Of a stretch of DNA of 64,000 bases, positions 38,497-50,538 are shown one piece after another. Below the pieces are notes generated by a model. It saw only the letters and a list, made by a program, of their open reading frames with translations. It was not told the DNA's origin and did not search any database. A program made the translations under genes and the position numbers. Positions within the stretch are counted from its first letter, which is position 1. Every line of letters starts with the position of its first letter. Source of the stretch: Negaprion brevirostris (Eukaryota); contig JARDVH010000130.1 of assembly GCA_030324005.1 (NCBI GenBank), positions 21,075,772-21,139,771 of the forward strand, given 5' to 3'.

Positions 38497-39384
38497 CCCT
38501 GGAACTAGATGGAAAGGGGTGTAGGGGTGGAGGTCATGGCGCCTGGTTCACGTTTTTAAAAACCAATAGTAATTTACGCCCATGTGACAACACATCTAGT
38601 GGGTGAAACAATTCAGTGAGGTCTGAAGATTTGGCTTTACCCTCGCTAAGTAAATTAAAATGCATTCAAATTGATTCAAATCAGGTCTGTGCCTTTCCTG
38701 GGCATGAACTCGATCATGTCATTAGGAAGGGCCCAGGAACGTCGCGATCGGAAATCTTGCCAGCCTAAATTTTGTTTTTCACCAGGATCTGTGCCCGTGG
38801 CTAATGGGGCTACCCATTGTTTTATGTTGGTGACCTTTCAGCAGAACAAGATATCAGAGACTTGACTCAAAAATCATTTTCTGTGTTTTAAGTTCTCAGT
38901 CTCGCCTTGATTATTGGGCACTCTAAGCAGAATCAAACGCTATAACCATAAGAAAAGAATAAAAATTGGAGGTGGCAATTGCTGTCAATTCTTGAGCACA
39001 CGACAGTGCCACAGTGGCATTGTCATAACTTCCATGTCATTACGTACACCAAGTGGATCTAGTTCAAGAGGATGAGGGAAATGAGCAACAAAAGGAAGAA
39101 AAGAATGCCAATCTCCTCTGGATCGTCCTGACAATTCAAGCAATGGTTTTCACTTGGAATGGGTTCTGGGCCAAGCTGTAAAATACATGATACAAATATA
39201 ATTAGGTCAAAAGAAATAGAAACTGTTTACTCAATACCTTCTTTCACTTGGAAAATATATTTTCCGGCATTAACTGTTTGATCCTAATGTGTTCCATTTA
39301 ATAAATGTTAAATACCCAGTATTTGAAAGTAACAAGGTGAACAAGTGCTGGATGTTGATTTGTTAATGATACTCACTTGTAGCT

Positions 39385-40197
39385 AATAGAGTTGACAGGG
39401 GGGAACCAGTCAATGTAGTATATTTGGACTTTCAGAATGTAAGAGATTATGGTACAAGATTGGGGGAAGTGTACTGAGATGGATAGAAAACTGGTTGGCA
39501 GAGAAGAAACAAAGAGTAGGAATTAATGGATGCTTTACAAATTGACAGCCAGTAACTAGTGGGGTGCCACAGGGCTCAGTGCTAGGACCCCAGCTATTCA
39601 CAATATATATTAATGATTTGGATGAGGGAACAAAATACAACATCTCAAAGTTTGCTGATGATACCAAGTTNNNNNNNNNNTGGGAGGTTGAACGAGAATG
39701 CAGAAATCCTTCAGAATGATCTGGCCAGGTTGTATGAGTGGGCAAATCAATGGCAGATGTAGTATAATTTGGATAAATGTAAGGTTATTCAACTTGGAAG
39801 CAAAAACAAGAAGGCAGATTACTACCTGAATGGCTGTAAATTGGGAGAGGAGTGTGTGCAGTGGGACCTGGGTGTCCTTTTGCACCAGTCACTGAAGGAA
39901 GCATGCAGGAGCAGCAGGCGGTAAAGAAGGCAAATGGTATGTTGGCCTTCATTGCGAGAGGTTTCGAGTACAGGAGCAGGGAAGTGTTGTTGCAATTATA
40001 CAGGTCCTTGGTGAGGCCACATCTAGAATATTGTGTGCAGTTTTGGTCTCCTTTTCTGAGGAGGGATGTTCTTGCTCTTGAGGGAGTGCAGCAACAGTTT
40101 ACCAGGCTGATTCCAGAGGTGGTGGGTCTGATGTCGAAGAGAGATTGATGAGGTTAGGATTGTTTTTCTGGAGCTCAGATAAACGAGGGGGAATTTC
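39385..40197 (+). mobile_element. CR1 LINE reverse-transcriptase remnant
   Basis: [82 protein letters not shown]. Confidence 0.95.
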
Positions 40198-41224
40198 NNN
40201 NNNNNNNNNNNNNNNNNNNNNNNNNNNNNNNNNNNNNNNNNNNNNNNNNNNNNNNNNNNNNNNNNNNNNNNNNNNNNNNNNNNNNNNNNNNNNNNNNNNN
40301 NNNNNNNNNNNNNNNNNNNNNNNNNNNNNNNNNNNNNNNNNNNNNNNNNNNNNNNNNNNNNNNNNNNNNNNNNNNNNNNNNNNNNNNNNNNNNNNNNNNN
40401 NNNNNNNNNNNNNNNNNNNNNNNNNNNNNNNNNNATCGAACTTGGGTCCCTGGCATTATGAGGCAGCAGTGCTTATCACTGTGCCACTGTGTCTCAAAGA
40501 CCAAGATTGGATTCACTCTTCTATCGTGTGTTTATCAGAATTAATATCAACCACCAAATTTACATTTCCCAGCTTTGTATAAATTGATTTAATTCAATAA
40601 CTAATTGACAATGGGGTGATAATCTGCCTGATAATAATGTTAATGTGTGCCTAACACCATGCAGGAAATATTAAACTTGGCATTGGAAGTGTGCTTTTGT
40701 GATAACAACACTGGTTGCATTGTAGGTTTAACGGGGTGCCAATGTTTTAGCAAGGATGTATTAATGACCAATTAACAGAATTATTGAAGGATGGTACAAT
40801 TAATTCTAGTGATGAAATAGTTGTTTAATTATCACTTGGCAAACTTAAATTTTTGAAACACACTTGGACCTGAGTAAAAATTATGTTTCAAAAACCCTGA
40901 ACAAGGAGACGTTCAATCCAAAAGCAAAATACTTCAATCCATCAGCAATAGACAAGTAAGTGGTTTAGGCATGCCTGAAGGAACCCATCATTGCTATCTG
41001 CATGAGAATCATAAAGGAAACACAGACACAAAGTATATAAGAACTAACATAATATCTAACTGTTTATTAGAGTCAGCTAGGGTAGATAAGACCTCATCTA
41101 ATGGAAAAAAATCTCAAGATTCAATAGACATTGAGCATTCATCATTCAGAATAGGTTTAGTTGTGTTTCTTTCTTGATCTGTGTACAATTGGTTAAATAA
41201 AGATAATTTTGGTAAGAGACAGTG

Positions 41225-41876
41225 ACTGGAATTTTACCTCGGGGAAACAGGACCCCAGCCCACCCAAGCAGTTGGCAGGACCACTGGAGTGATTTTTATC
41301 AGCTGCAGCACATTTAGATGCCACTATCTGAACTGTGGTCCAGTCAGAGATTCATTGTCTTGGTAACCTTGGCAGTGTCATTGATAATGCTGAAGCTACG
41401 AAGGAGAGGGTGCTACCATGTTGAGGTGCCCTTGTGGGTGCATGAAAAGTTTTCTTTATGTGCCAGGATCAGACAGTCAAGCCCCAGCTAATGAAGAAAG
41501 GACTTTTGGTACTGGGGCCGTGAGGGTGGCCATTGTTTCTGGTGCTGGAGTGGAGAATGGCCCTCTGTGGGCCATGGAGCTTTTGCAAAGCAAGAAGCAA
41601 ACCTGGGAATCTGCTGGGAGGCTGCCTCAATAGTGGACAGAGCTGTTTTGATGCTGGTAAACTCTTGGCAATGGTTACAAAATAATCATTGATAAACCAG
41701 TTGATCAATTTAATTAGCTATCTCTCTTTGGTTGACAAGTGGCTAAGATATTGCTGTCCCATTTTTGATAACCTCTGGTGGAAGGGTGAACATATTAAGC
41801 TTCCTACACCTTCCACTGCCATTTTTTCACCTTTCCTTGTCCCAGTTCAACTCCAGAGGGCTGGCAAAATACAACC
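41225..41876. mobile_element. Non-autonomous DNA transposon, Harbinger-type TIRs
   Basis: GACTGGAATTTTAC ... GCAAAATACAACC termini; architecture like 31743-32311. Confidence 0.45.
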
Positions 41877-41934
41877 AAGTGTCTCCACGTTTCTTCTAAG
41901 GTGGATTCATATCCACAAGACCCAATCTATTAGT

Positions 41935-42830
41935 CCCCTGATAATTGACCCCTTAGCAACACAAAACAAGTCACTCCTGTCTGCTCTATCTTGGCCGTCT
42001 TAATTTTGTACACAACAATTCGGTCACACCTTAGTCTCCTCTGTTCTAGGGATAACAACCATAGCCTATCCAATCTCTCCTCATAGCTGCAATGTTCAAG
42101 CCCTGGCAACATTCTTGTAAATTTCCACTGCACTCTCTCCAGAGCAATTATGTCCTTTTCCGTAATGCAGTTACCAGAACTGTGCACAAATTTCTGTACT
42201 CACTTGCTCGAGGGACTGGGAGTCATCCTGAGTTTACTGTTTTCGAGGTCCTGGTTCTCAGTCTCCTTCCTAGCTTGCTAAAGTCAGCTTTCAAGACCTC
42301 GACCCTTTTCCCAGCTAAGTCATTGACACCAATGTGGATTATGACCTCTGGCTGATCACCCTCCCACAGCAAAACATCTTGTATCCATTCTGTGACATCT
42401 GGGACCAGGGAGGCAATATACCATCCTGGAGTCACGTCTATGGTTCCCCTAACCAACCAATCCCCTATCACTATTGCTCTTCCCCTCTTCTTTCTCTCCT
42501 CATGTACAGCAAAATCACCTGTGATGCCACAAACTTAGTACTCCTTCAAGGGACAAAAGCTGTCACTCGTACCAAAGCAGAAAGATAGTTGGTGAGCAGG
42601 ACTCTAGAGGATTCTTGCACAATGCGCCTAGTTTTCTTTCAGTGCCTACCCACCCATTTACCCTCCAGGTTTCTAAGCTGCAATTGACCACCTCTCAGAA
42701 CATGCTATCTACATCGTATTCAGCCTCACAGATGCATCACAGTAACTCCAACCACAGCTCGAGCTCTGGATTGTGCTGCTATTATGTGATCAGCTCAGAT
42801 ATATCCTTCACATAAGCACTTGGTTCCCAG
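41935..42830 (-). mobile_element. Internally deleted CR1: ORF2 C-terminus (41935-42190) joined to the ORF1 esterase (SGNH) region
   Basis: KDIIALERVQWKFTRMLPGLEHCSYEERL and IGD.LVRG...EGDQPEVIIHIGVNDL...LGRRLRTRTSK..SG. Confidence 0.88.
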
Positions 42831-42924
42831 GGAGCTCTCTTGATGTCTACGTTTTTACTCATCCCCATATGCCACAAGGTTTTGAAGGACCTTGGTGATT
42901 GCAAGTGTATCCTTATATACCATA

Positions 42925-43151
42925 AGAAGTCTCTCAACACCAGGTTAAAGTCTAACAGGTTTATTTGGTAGCAAATGCCACTAGCTTTCAGGGCACTGCC
43001 CCTTTGTCAGGTGAGTGGGGAGTTCTGGTCACAAACAGGGCATGTAAAAGAGCACACTCAGTTTACAGAATACTGATTAGAATTTTACAGCTAATCAAGT
43101 CTTAAAGGTGCAGACAATGTGAGTGGAGATAGCATTAAACATAGGTTAAAG
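42925..43151 (-). mobile_element. Penelope-like element 3' end with hammerhead motif (continues into gap)
   Basis: Minus strand cac-CTGACAA-aGGGGCagtGCCCT-GAAA-gcTA-gtg (42979-43013), then AATAAACCTGTTAGACTTTAACCTGGTGTTGAGAGACTTCT. Confidence 0.75.
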
Positions 43152-43779
43152 NNNNNNNNNNNNNNNNNNNNNNNNNNNNNNNNNNNNNNNNNNNNNNNNN
43201 NNNNNNNNNNNNNNNNNNNNNNNNNNNNNNNNNNNNNNNNNNNNNNNNNNNNNNNNNNNNNNNNNNNNNNNNNNNNNNNNNNNNNNNNNNNNNNNNNNNN
43301 NNNNNNNNNNNNNNNNNNNNNNNNNNNNNNNNNNNNNNNNNNNNNNNNNNNNNNNNNNNNNNNNNNNNNNNNNNNNNNNNNNNNNNNNNNNNNNNNNNNN
43401 NNNNNNNNNNNNNNNNNNNNNNNNNNNNNNNNNNNNNNNNNNNNNNNNNNNNNNNNNNNNNNNNNNNNNNNNNNNNNNNNNNNNNNNNNNNNNNNNNNNN
43501 NNNNNNNNNNNNNNNNNNNNNNNNNNNNNNNNNNNNNNNNNNNNNNNNNNNNNNNNNNNNNNNNNNNNNNNNNNNNNNNNNNNNNNNNNNNNNNNNNNNN
43601 NNNNNNNNNNNNNNNNNNNNNNNNNNNNNNNNNNNNNNNNNNNNNNNNNNNNNNNNNNNNNNNNNNNNNNNNNNNNNNNNNNNNNNNNNNNNNNNNNNNN
43701 NNNNNNNNNNNNNNNNNNNNNNNNNNNNNNNNNNNNNNNNNNNNNNNNNNNNNAATTAAATGTTTTCAAATCTAGCACT

Positions 43780-43922
43780 CGAGGTGAAGGGAATCAAAGG
43801 ATATGGGGGAAAGTTGGATCAGGCTGTAGAGTTGGATGATCAGCCATGATCATATTGAATGGCAGAGCAGGCTCATAGGGCTGAATGGCTTCCGCTTGCT
43901 CCTATTTTCTATGTTTCTATGA
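43780..43922 (+). mobile_element. CR1 3' tail
   Basis: GATCAGCCATGATCATATTGAATGGCAGAGCAGGCTC...(TTTCTATG)n. Confidence 0.85.
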
Positions 43923-45457
43923 ACCGTGGGGATCACCCGCGCAGTGTTCCTTGGGTGTACGTATCGAATGGACTGAGATCGCAGGGTCCAGCTGTCCCAC
44001 CACCATGTGAAAATCACTCCTATTTCCACTCCCGTGATTAAATTTGTACTCCAGGACAGAAGATAATGCCTGATAGCGCTCAGTTGTGTGAAAGTGAGGA
44101 CATGACTTATTGAGTACTTTGATTTAGTTTTCAGGTTGTGAACCCACACGTTTTAAAGTTAAATACATTGACCGAGATTTTCCAGTCCACCAGAGGTGGG
44201 AATTGTCACAGGCTGGACTGGAAAAGTTGGCGAGTGGCCAAAAATCCATGGACTTTGGATGGGAATTCCTGATTCCACCCTAACTGACTTTTTTAAATAT
44301 CTAAAGCTTTGTAATTGTGAAGATCAATGTGTTAGATCAATTTTGAACTTTTCCGAGGACCATATTGTAATTGGATTACAGCTAAAAGGAATGTTGTTGC
44401 TTTATGCAGTTCAAATTTAAAACTATGCTGTCAGTATAAATCATTTTGAATGTTTACGTTGCACTAATACTGCAAATTTGAGACCCACTATTGTGATTGG
44501 CGACTCCTCCAGCCACTAAGGATTTGACAAGCTGCAATTACTCAGAACTGATAAATGAAAATGAGACAAAAGTGCACAAAATTAATTTAGGACAGAGTGA
44601 AGAAGCAAAAGGAAAGATTGAGTCTTTTCTACTGTCACCAGTTGCAGGAGTTCTTTGTTTGCAGCCAGCGTCTCTTTGAAACCTGTATGCGTGTTACATA
44701 ACTGTACAAAGAGCTGCTCTCTTTCTTACAGGTATAAAATGGGGAAATGATACTGCTGTTGACAATTAGGACAATGATTTGAGGAAACCTGTAATTGGAT
44801 TATACTACAGAATAATGTTTACATTTAATAGCAGTGTTTCTGTTACCTGTTGCTGCTTTTTGGAGACAGATAAAAATAAGCTGTGCAACATTATTGTACT
44901 TTAGTAGCTCCCGTTCGTAAGCAGCAAGCAAAGAGAAACTGAAATGTTCTGAACTATTTGAATCAGAAACTTGCATGCAAGTTTTAACAAATACACGGCT
45001 GGTGCTGGGGGTGGGGTTAAAAAGTGAAATGAAGTTTGGTTCTTTATCAATTTGGATTTTTTGAAAAATAGATATTTTGCAAGTTGATGCAATTGTGTAC
45101 GCCTGACAATATGTTGCTTTGCTTTCTTATAAATCTATAAAGCACTTAACCATGGCAAATTCCCCAAGATGACAGATGGAAATTATGAATTAACAAATGA
45201 ACCATTTAAAGCAGAGCCACAGTTTCTTTTTTTTCGAATAGGTGGCAATGTGCTNNNNNNNNNNNNNNNNNNNNNNNNNNNNNNNNNNNNNNNNNNNNNN
45301 NNNNNNNNNNNNNNNNNNNNNNNNNNNNNNNNNNNNNNNNNNNNNNNNNNNNNNCGAATAGGTGGCAATGTGCTGACATAAGTGGAAAGCCAGCAACATT
45401 AAGAATCAGCAGATATCAAATGTTGCATTGTGGTCTTAGCTTGGATTTAGGATTTTT

Positions 45458-46681
45458 GGCCCAGATTTTCACGATGTTGGAAATGTTCTCTGCTGTGGAA
45501 AAAGTTCTGGAAATGGCCAAAGTTCCTAAGTCTTGCTCCCGAGCACAGTGTGTTCCTTTTTTTTGTCGGGGTGGGATGGAGCTTGCTTAGGGTTCGCACA
45601 TGTATGATCCATAACAGCAACTGGCCAATAAATCACTGAAGTGGGACTTTGGATGGCCTAGAGTGTGCAGATTACACCAAGTAACACAGAAGTCTGAATT
45701 CATGGACATATGAACAAGGAGCAGGAGGAGGCCATTCAGCCCCTCAAGCCTGCTCAGCCAATCAATAAATAACTGCTGAACTTCCAGCAGCTTTAATTCT
45801 GCATCCTGCCTACCTCCAATCACCTATGACCTCCTTGTTTACCAAGAATCAATCCACATCTGTCTTCTAAACGTTCAAAGTATCTTCTTTCACTGCCAGT
45901 TAAGAAGACAGTTCCAAAGACACTCAACCCCCTGAGAGGAAAAAAAATTGTTAGCTCCTTTTTAAATGGATGACCCCTTAGTTTCAAACAAGACTGTTGT
46001 CTCTCGATGCCAGGGACTTGTATTCCGTTATGACCTCAAATGATTGTGTAGAGTTTGTGAGAAGCAAGGCACCCTTTAGGTGGGGTTTTTACAAGCGAAC
46101 ATGATTAGGTATCTTTTACGCACAAACTCATTTGAACGTCCAAGCTGTGAAAGAAGTATCCAACTGCCAGAGAACCATTAAAAGAACTGTCCTGTTTTCA
46201 AAACTGTCAAGGAATTGTCAAAGTTGTCCATGTATAATAGGTGAGTTGGCATGGATGGGCAAGGGAGAAGGGTGGCAGGTGAGGAATATGAGTTGACATA
46301 ATTTAGAAGTAAGTTGGCATGGATATGTGAGGGATCGTGGGTTGGGTAGAGTGGTACAGATTTGCATGACGGTATGAAGGACTTGAGGAATGTGGGGTGG
46401 TTGAGGAATTAAGCGGGGGGAGCAGGATGATATTTTGTTTTATTACTATTTTTTCTTTATTTGAACACAGTGCCAGAGCACAAGGGCAAGTTTTCCACCC
46501 AACCTGCCTCCACAGCCAGCAGCCTCCACATTCATTTCAGGGTCACCCATTCTGACCCCTGCTTTACCATCCCACCACCCCCTCCTCTCCTGTTGCTGGC
46601 AGAAATTGTTAAAGTTTGAGCTCGCAGACCCATGATATCTCCATTCTCCATGCACTTGGCCCAAGGAAGAAAACCCGGGCC
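45458..46681. mobile_element. Non-autonomous Harbinger-type element (~1.2 kb) with a nested minus-strand CR1 tail (~45700-45990)
   Basis: TIR GGCCCAGATTTTC / GAAAACCCGGGCC (11 of 13 complementary). Confidence 0.6.
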
Positions 46682-46938
46682 TTGATCTTTCAGACGTAAC
46701 CCTTCAGCTGGTGTTTAAGGGGATAATCATTCATAATTATTCTTAGAAAAGAGTCACGTAGATGGTATTTCCTGTCTACCAGGAAGAAAGATTTTTAATG
46801 ATGGGGGTGGGAAGAAAAATAAACATTGATCTGATTGTACTGTCTTACAGATATGAGATCATGCTGCAATTATAAACTGGATTCTGATATGGCGTTTTGG
46901 GAAATGTGACGTTCAGTTAATTATAAGAAGCAAACAAA

Positions 46939-47260
46939 GGGAGGGATCTTCTGCCACATGTCCCTGCCCCCAGTGTGTTTCCCAGTGGCTGAGGGAACTC
47001 GCCATTAGCCGCTGGCAGGGCATGAGAATATAAGAAGTAGGAGCAGTAGGCCATCTAGCCCTTCAAGCCTGCCTCGCCATTCAATAAGATCATGGCTGAT
47101 CTGAAGTNNNNNNNNNNNNNNNNNNNNNNNNNNNNNNNNNNNNNNNNNNNNNNNNNNNNNNNNNNNNNNNNNNNNNNNNNNNNNNNNNNNNNNNNNNNNN
47201 NNNNNNNCCTTCAGTGGGACTAGAAGATCCCACTGGCAGGGGGAGCCAGAAGTTCCCACC
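46939..47260. mobile_element. MITE interrupted by a minus-strand CR1 tail (47021-47107) and a gap
   Basis: GGGAGGGATCTTCTG ... CAGAAGTTCCCACC ends; CR1 tail TAAGAAGTAGGAGCAGTAGGCCATCTAGCCC. Confidence 0.6.
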
Positions 47261-48155
47261 AAAAGTTTTTATAATTTGGACCAATACTTGGATAATATTT
47301 GATCAATGGTTTGAGATATTGCATCGGACAGTGAGGTTCCTCCAAGGCCCATGAATGAGACAAAATGGTTGTTATTTAAACTTTAATGAGAACAATTGAT
47401 TGAGGATATAAGATAAAAGGAGAATTGCAACATCAAACAGGGTTTCTTTCTAAAATCTTTTTTTTCTGAGCTAATCTGGATGGAATTCACCAAAAGGTAG
47501 TGCTTTGATGATATGATGCATTCTACTGAAAGTCAATAAAGATTATTGAAACTAGTTAATTCTTTTTTCTTTTGGGTTGTTGGTGTCCTTGTCTCTTCTG
47601 AAGACTAAGAAAACTACACTAGCTTAACTGGTGATTCCTAAGCCAATGGAACAAAGATTGGCAATAAATAAACATCCACTGACACCCTCCATTTTTTTTA
47701 TAAGATCATTTGATACCTAAGAACAGGCTCATTGGATATTAGTTGAGATGAAGTCAGGGACCATTTGTGTGTCTGCAAATCATTACACATGAGGCAGCAT
47801 GTGTATGGAAAAATTTGTTGCATTTGCAGGGTCTCAGATATTTCATAGTCATCAACAAGTGCATAGCATCATTGTGGCTTAGACAAGTGAAATTATTTAA
47901 AAAATATTCATGGTACTGTAACATAGGTAAAATAACTGATAGAATTTAATCTACTGGTGTCTATTAGTGGGATTAAAATTAAGATTAAAGACAAACATCC
48001 AATTATTAAATAATTGCAATTGAAGACTGGGAAAAAGCTGCTTCATAAGATGGATACAGATAAAGAGAGAGATGGAGAAACTTGCAAGACCATGATTTAT
48101 TGGCCATATAGGAAACTGTAGCTTTGTAATATGTTAGGATTGTCTTTGTAACACT

Positions 48156-48286
48156 GGAGACGGAACCTTCTCGTCCCTCCCACCATGGGAATCATAGCAG
48201 ATGGGACACGGAACATGCAAAGGACCATTGACCTCAAGCAGGATTTCCTGGTCTTGGGGTGAGTGCTGCCAGAAAATACCGTCCCA
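48156..48286. mobile_element. ~130-bp Harbinger-type MITE
   Basis: Internal AAAGGACCATTGACCTC; end AGAAAATACCGTCC. Confidence 0.65.
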
Positions 48287-48379
48287 ACTGCTGCTTAGAA
48301 GATTGTACTAATAACATCATTAGTGGGGTCCTTGCGGAAGAATAAGATGACTGGTTCCTCCCCCTCAAGACAGATAGTT

Positions 48380-48695
48380 CATGGGATTTGCTGGCAAGAA
48401 CAGCATTTATTGCGCTTCTTAATTAACCTTGAAAGGTGTTAGTGAGGCACCCACCTGAGCCACTATGATCCAGGTGGTGTAGGTAAGCCCACAGCGCTGC
48501 TAGCTGGGCCCTTCAAGATCTCAACACAGTGACTACTCCAGATAAGGGAATATATTTCCAAGTAAGGATGGTGCTTGACTTGCAGGGAAACGTGCAGCTG
48601 GTGACATTCCAATGCATCAGCTGTCCTTGTTCCCTCAGCAGCTGAGGTCAAGGTTTTGGAAAGGGCACTCAAAGAAACCTTGGCGAGTTGGCCAA
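48380..48695 (-). mobile_element. CR1-clade LINE 3' remnant
   Basis: Homologous to 32690-33000 and 52310-52640. Confidence 0.7.
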
Positions 48696-49086
48696 AAGAA
48701 TATATTAAATAACTGAAGCTTTGGCTGGAATTCCAATCCTGTTTTTAAAAAAAAACTGCCTTTCGGCATTCAAGTCAACTAGTGGCAAGCAGAGGATGCC
48801 TGATTTCCACACAACTTTTGTTACTGCAGAGTAATAGAGTATGATTTTAGGAGATAACACCACCAGCAGGGTTATCTCTTGTCACTCCCGAAAGTAGGCA
48901 TGCACATCAACTAACACTCAAGTATAATTTTCTTTTAATAATTTTTAGTACAAATGCTTTGCTTGGTTGTAGTTTAGTAATATGTTTGATAAGCTACCTT
49001 ATTTTCTGTTTTATTACAACTCATGAAGAGAATGCGATTTAAATTTGGATTTGCTTATTGCAAGAATGGTTATTAGTTTATAATTT

Positions 49087-49316
49087 AAGTTAAAGTTTAC
49101 TCCTTAACATCACAAGTAGGCTTTCATTAACACTGCAATGAAGTAACTGTGAAAATTTCCTAGTCACCACAGTCCGGTGCCTGTTCAAGTACACTGATGG
49201 AGAATTTAGCATGGCCAATGCACCTAACCAGCACATCTTTCAGACTGTTGGAAGGAACTGCAGCACCCGGAGGAAATCTACGCAGACTCAGGGAGAACAT
49301 GCAGATTCCGCACAGA
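49087..49316 (-). mobile_element. V-SINE type-B, 5' truncated
   Basis: Type-B tail and V-domain. Confidence 0.85.
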
Positions 49317-49605
49317 AGAGTACAGAATGTAGTGTTACAGTCGTGATGCCTGAGCCCCTGAATNNNNNNNNNNCCCTGAATAATTCTAGAATTCATATTT
49401 ATAATATTCCATTGTTTTCATTCATCCGGCTGTATCTTTGAATTTCACGTAGGTTTCCAAGGTCTATTCTAAGCGATGCTGTCTCCTTACTGCTTAAGTC
49501 CCAAATCATAGCATCAAGGTCAGTTGAATATACACACAAACTAATTAGAACATGGATTTAAACTTTTGTGGCCTGTGCAAGTCCATAAACATTTAGGTAC
49601 ATTTC

Positions 49606-49666
49606 TGTGTGTGCGCGTGTGCGTGCGTGTGTGTGTGCACGTGTGCGTGTGTGTGTGTCTGCGTGT
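49606..49666. repeat. (GT/GC)n alternating purine-pyrimidine microsatellite
   Basis: TGTGTGTGCGCGTGTGCGTGCGTGTGTGTGTGCACGTGTGCGTGTGTGTGTG. Confidence 0.9.
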
Positions 49667-50457
49667 CTGCAAATATTCGATTAAAATGTTTATCAGAGAA
49701 AGGAACAATACTCAACAGTACTGTTCTGGGCAGGTTTATAAGGTACATTTACTTAAAAGAATTAGCATGTGGCTTCCCTTTAGACAATAAGGGCCTTTGC
49801 CCTTCAAACAATAGTTTACAGGGTACTTGACTGTTGAAGCCACCTCAGCAAACGGGAAAGGAGATGCTTTCCCATTTGAAATCCGCTACAAAGAACTGAA
49901 TGCCTCCACTTTGGAGCAACATGAGGAGGCAGCTGCTTTAAATTCACACTAAAGCTGTGAGCAGTTTAATTGAAAAGCACATCTGCTTCAAAAAAATGCC
50001 CAACCAACTTGATAGTTTTTTTGCAGGTANNNNNNNNNNNNNNNNNNNNNNNNNNNNNNNNNNNNNNNNNNNNNNNNNNNNNNNNNNNNNNNNNNNNNNN
50101 NNNNNNNNNNNNNNNNNNNNNNNNNNNNNNNNNNNNNNNNNNNNNNNNNNNNNNNNNNNNNNNNNNNNNNNNNNNNNNNNNNNNNNNNNNNNNNNNNNNN
50201 NNNNNNNNNNNNNNNNNNNNNNNNNNNNNNNNNNNNNNNNNNNNNNNNNNNNNNNNNNNNNNNNNNNNNNNNNNNNNNNNNNNNNNNNNNNNNNNNNNNN
50301 NNNNNNNNNNNNNNNNNNNNNNNNNNNNNNNNNNNNNNNNNNNNNNNNNNNNNNNNNNNNNNNNNNNNNNNNNNNNNNNNNNNNNNNNNNNNNNNNNNNN
50401 NNNNNNNNNNNNNNNNNNNNNNNNNNNNNNNNNNNNNNNNNNNNNNNNNNNNNNNNN

Positions 50458-50538
50458 GATCTTATTGAATGGCGGGGCAGGCTCGAAGGGCTAGATGGCC
50501 TACTCCTGCTCCTATTTCTTATGTTCTTATGGTCTTAT
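50458..50538 (+). mobile_element. CR1 3' tail (body in gap)
   Basis: GAATGGCGGGGCAGGCTCGAAGGGCTAGATGGCCTACTCCTGCTCC, (TTCTTATG)n. Confidence 0.85.

Noticed and set aside
50010-50029. TTTTTTTGCAG|GTA as another recursive site
   Set aside because: Short pyrimidine tract with a nearby upstream AG, and the sequence is cut by a gap, so it cannot be evaluated.
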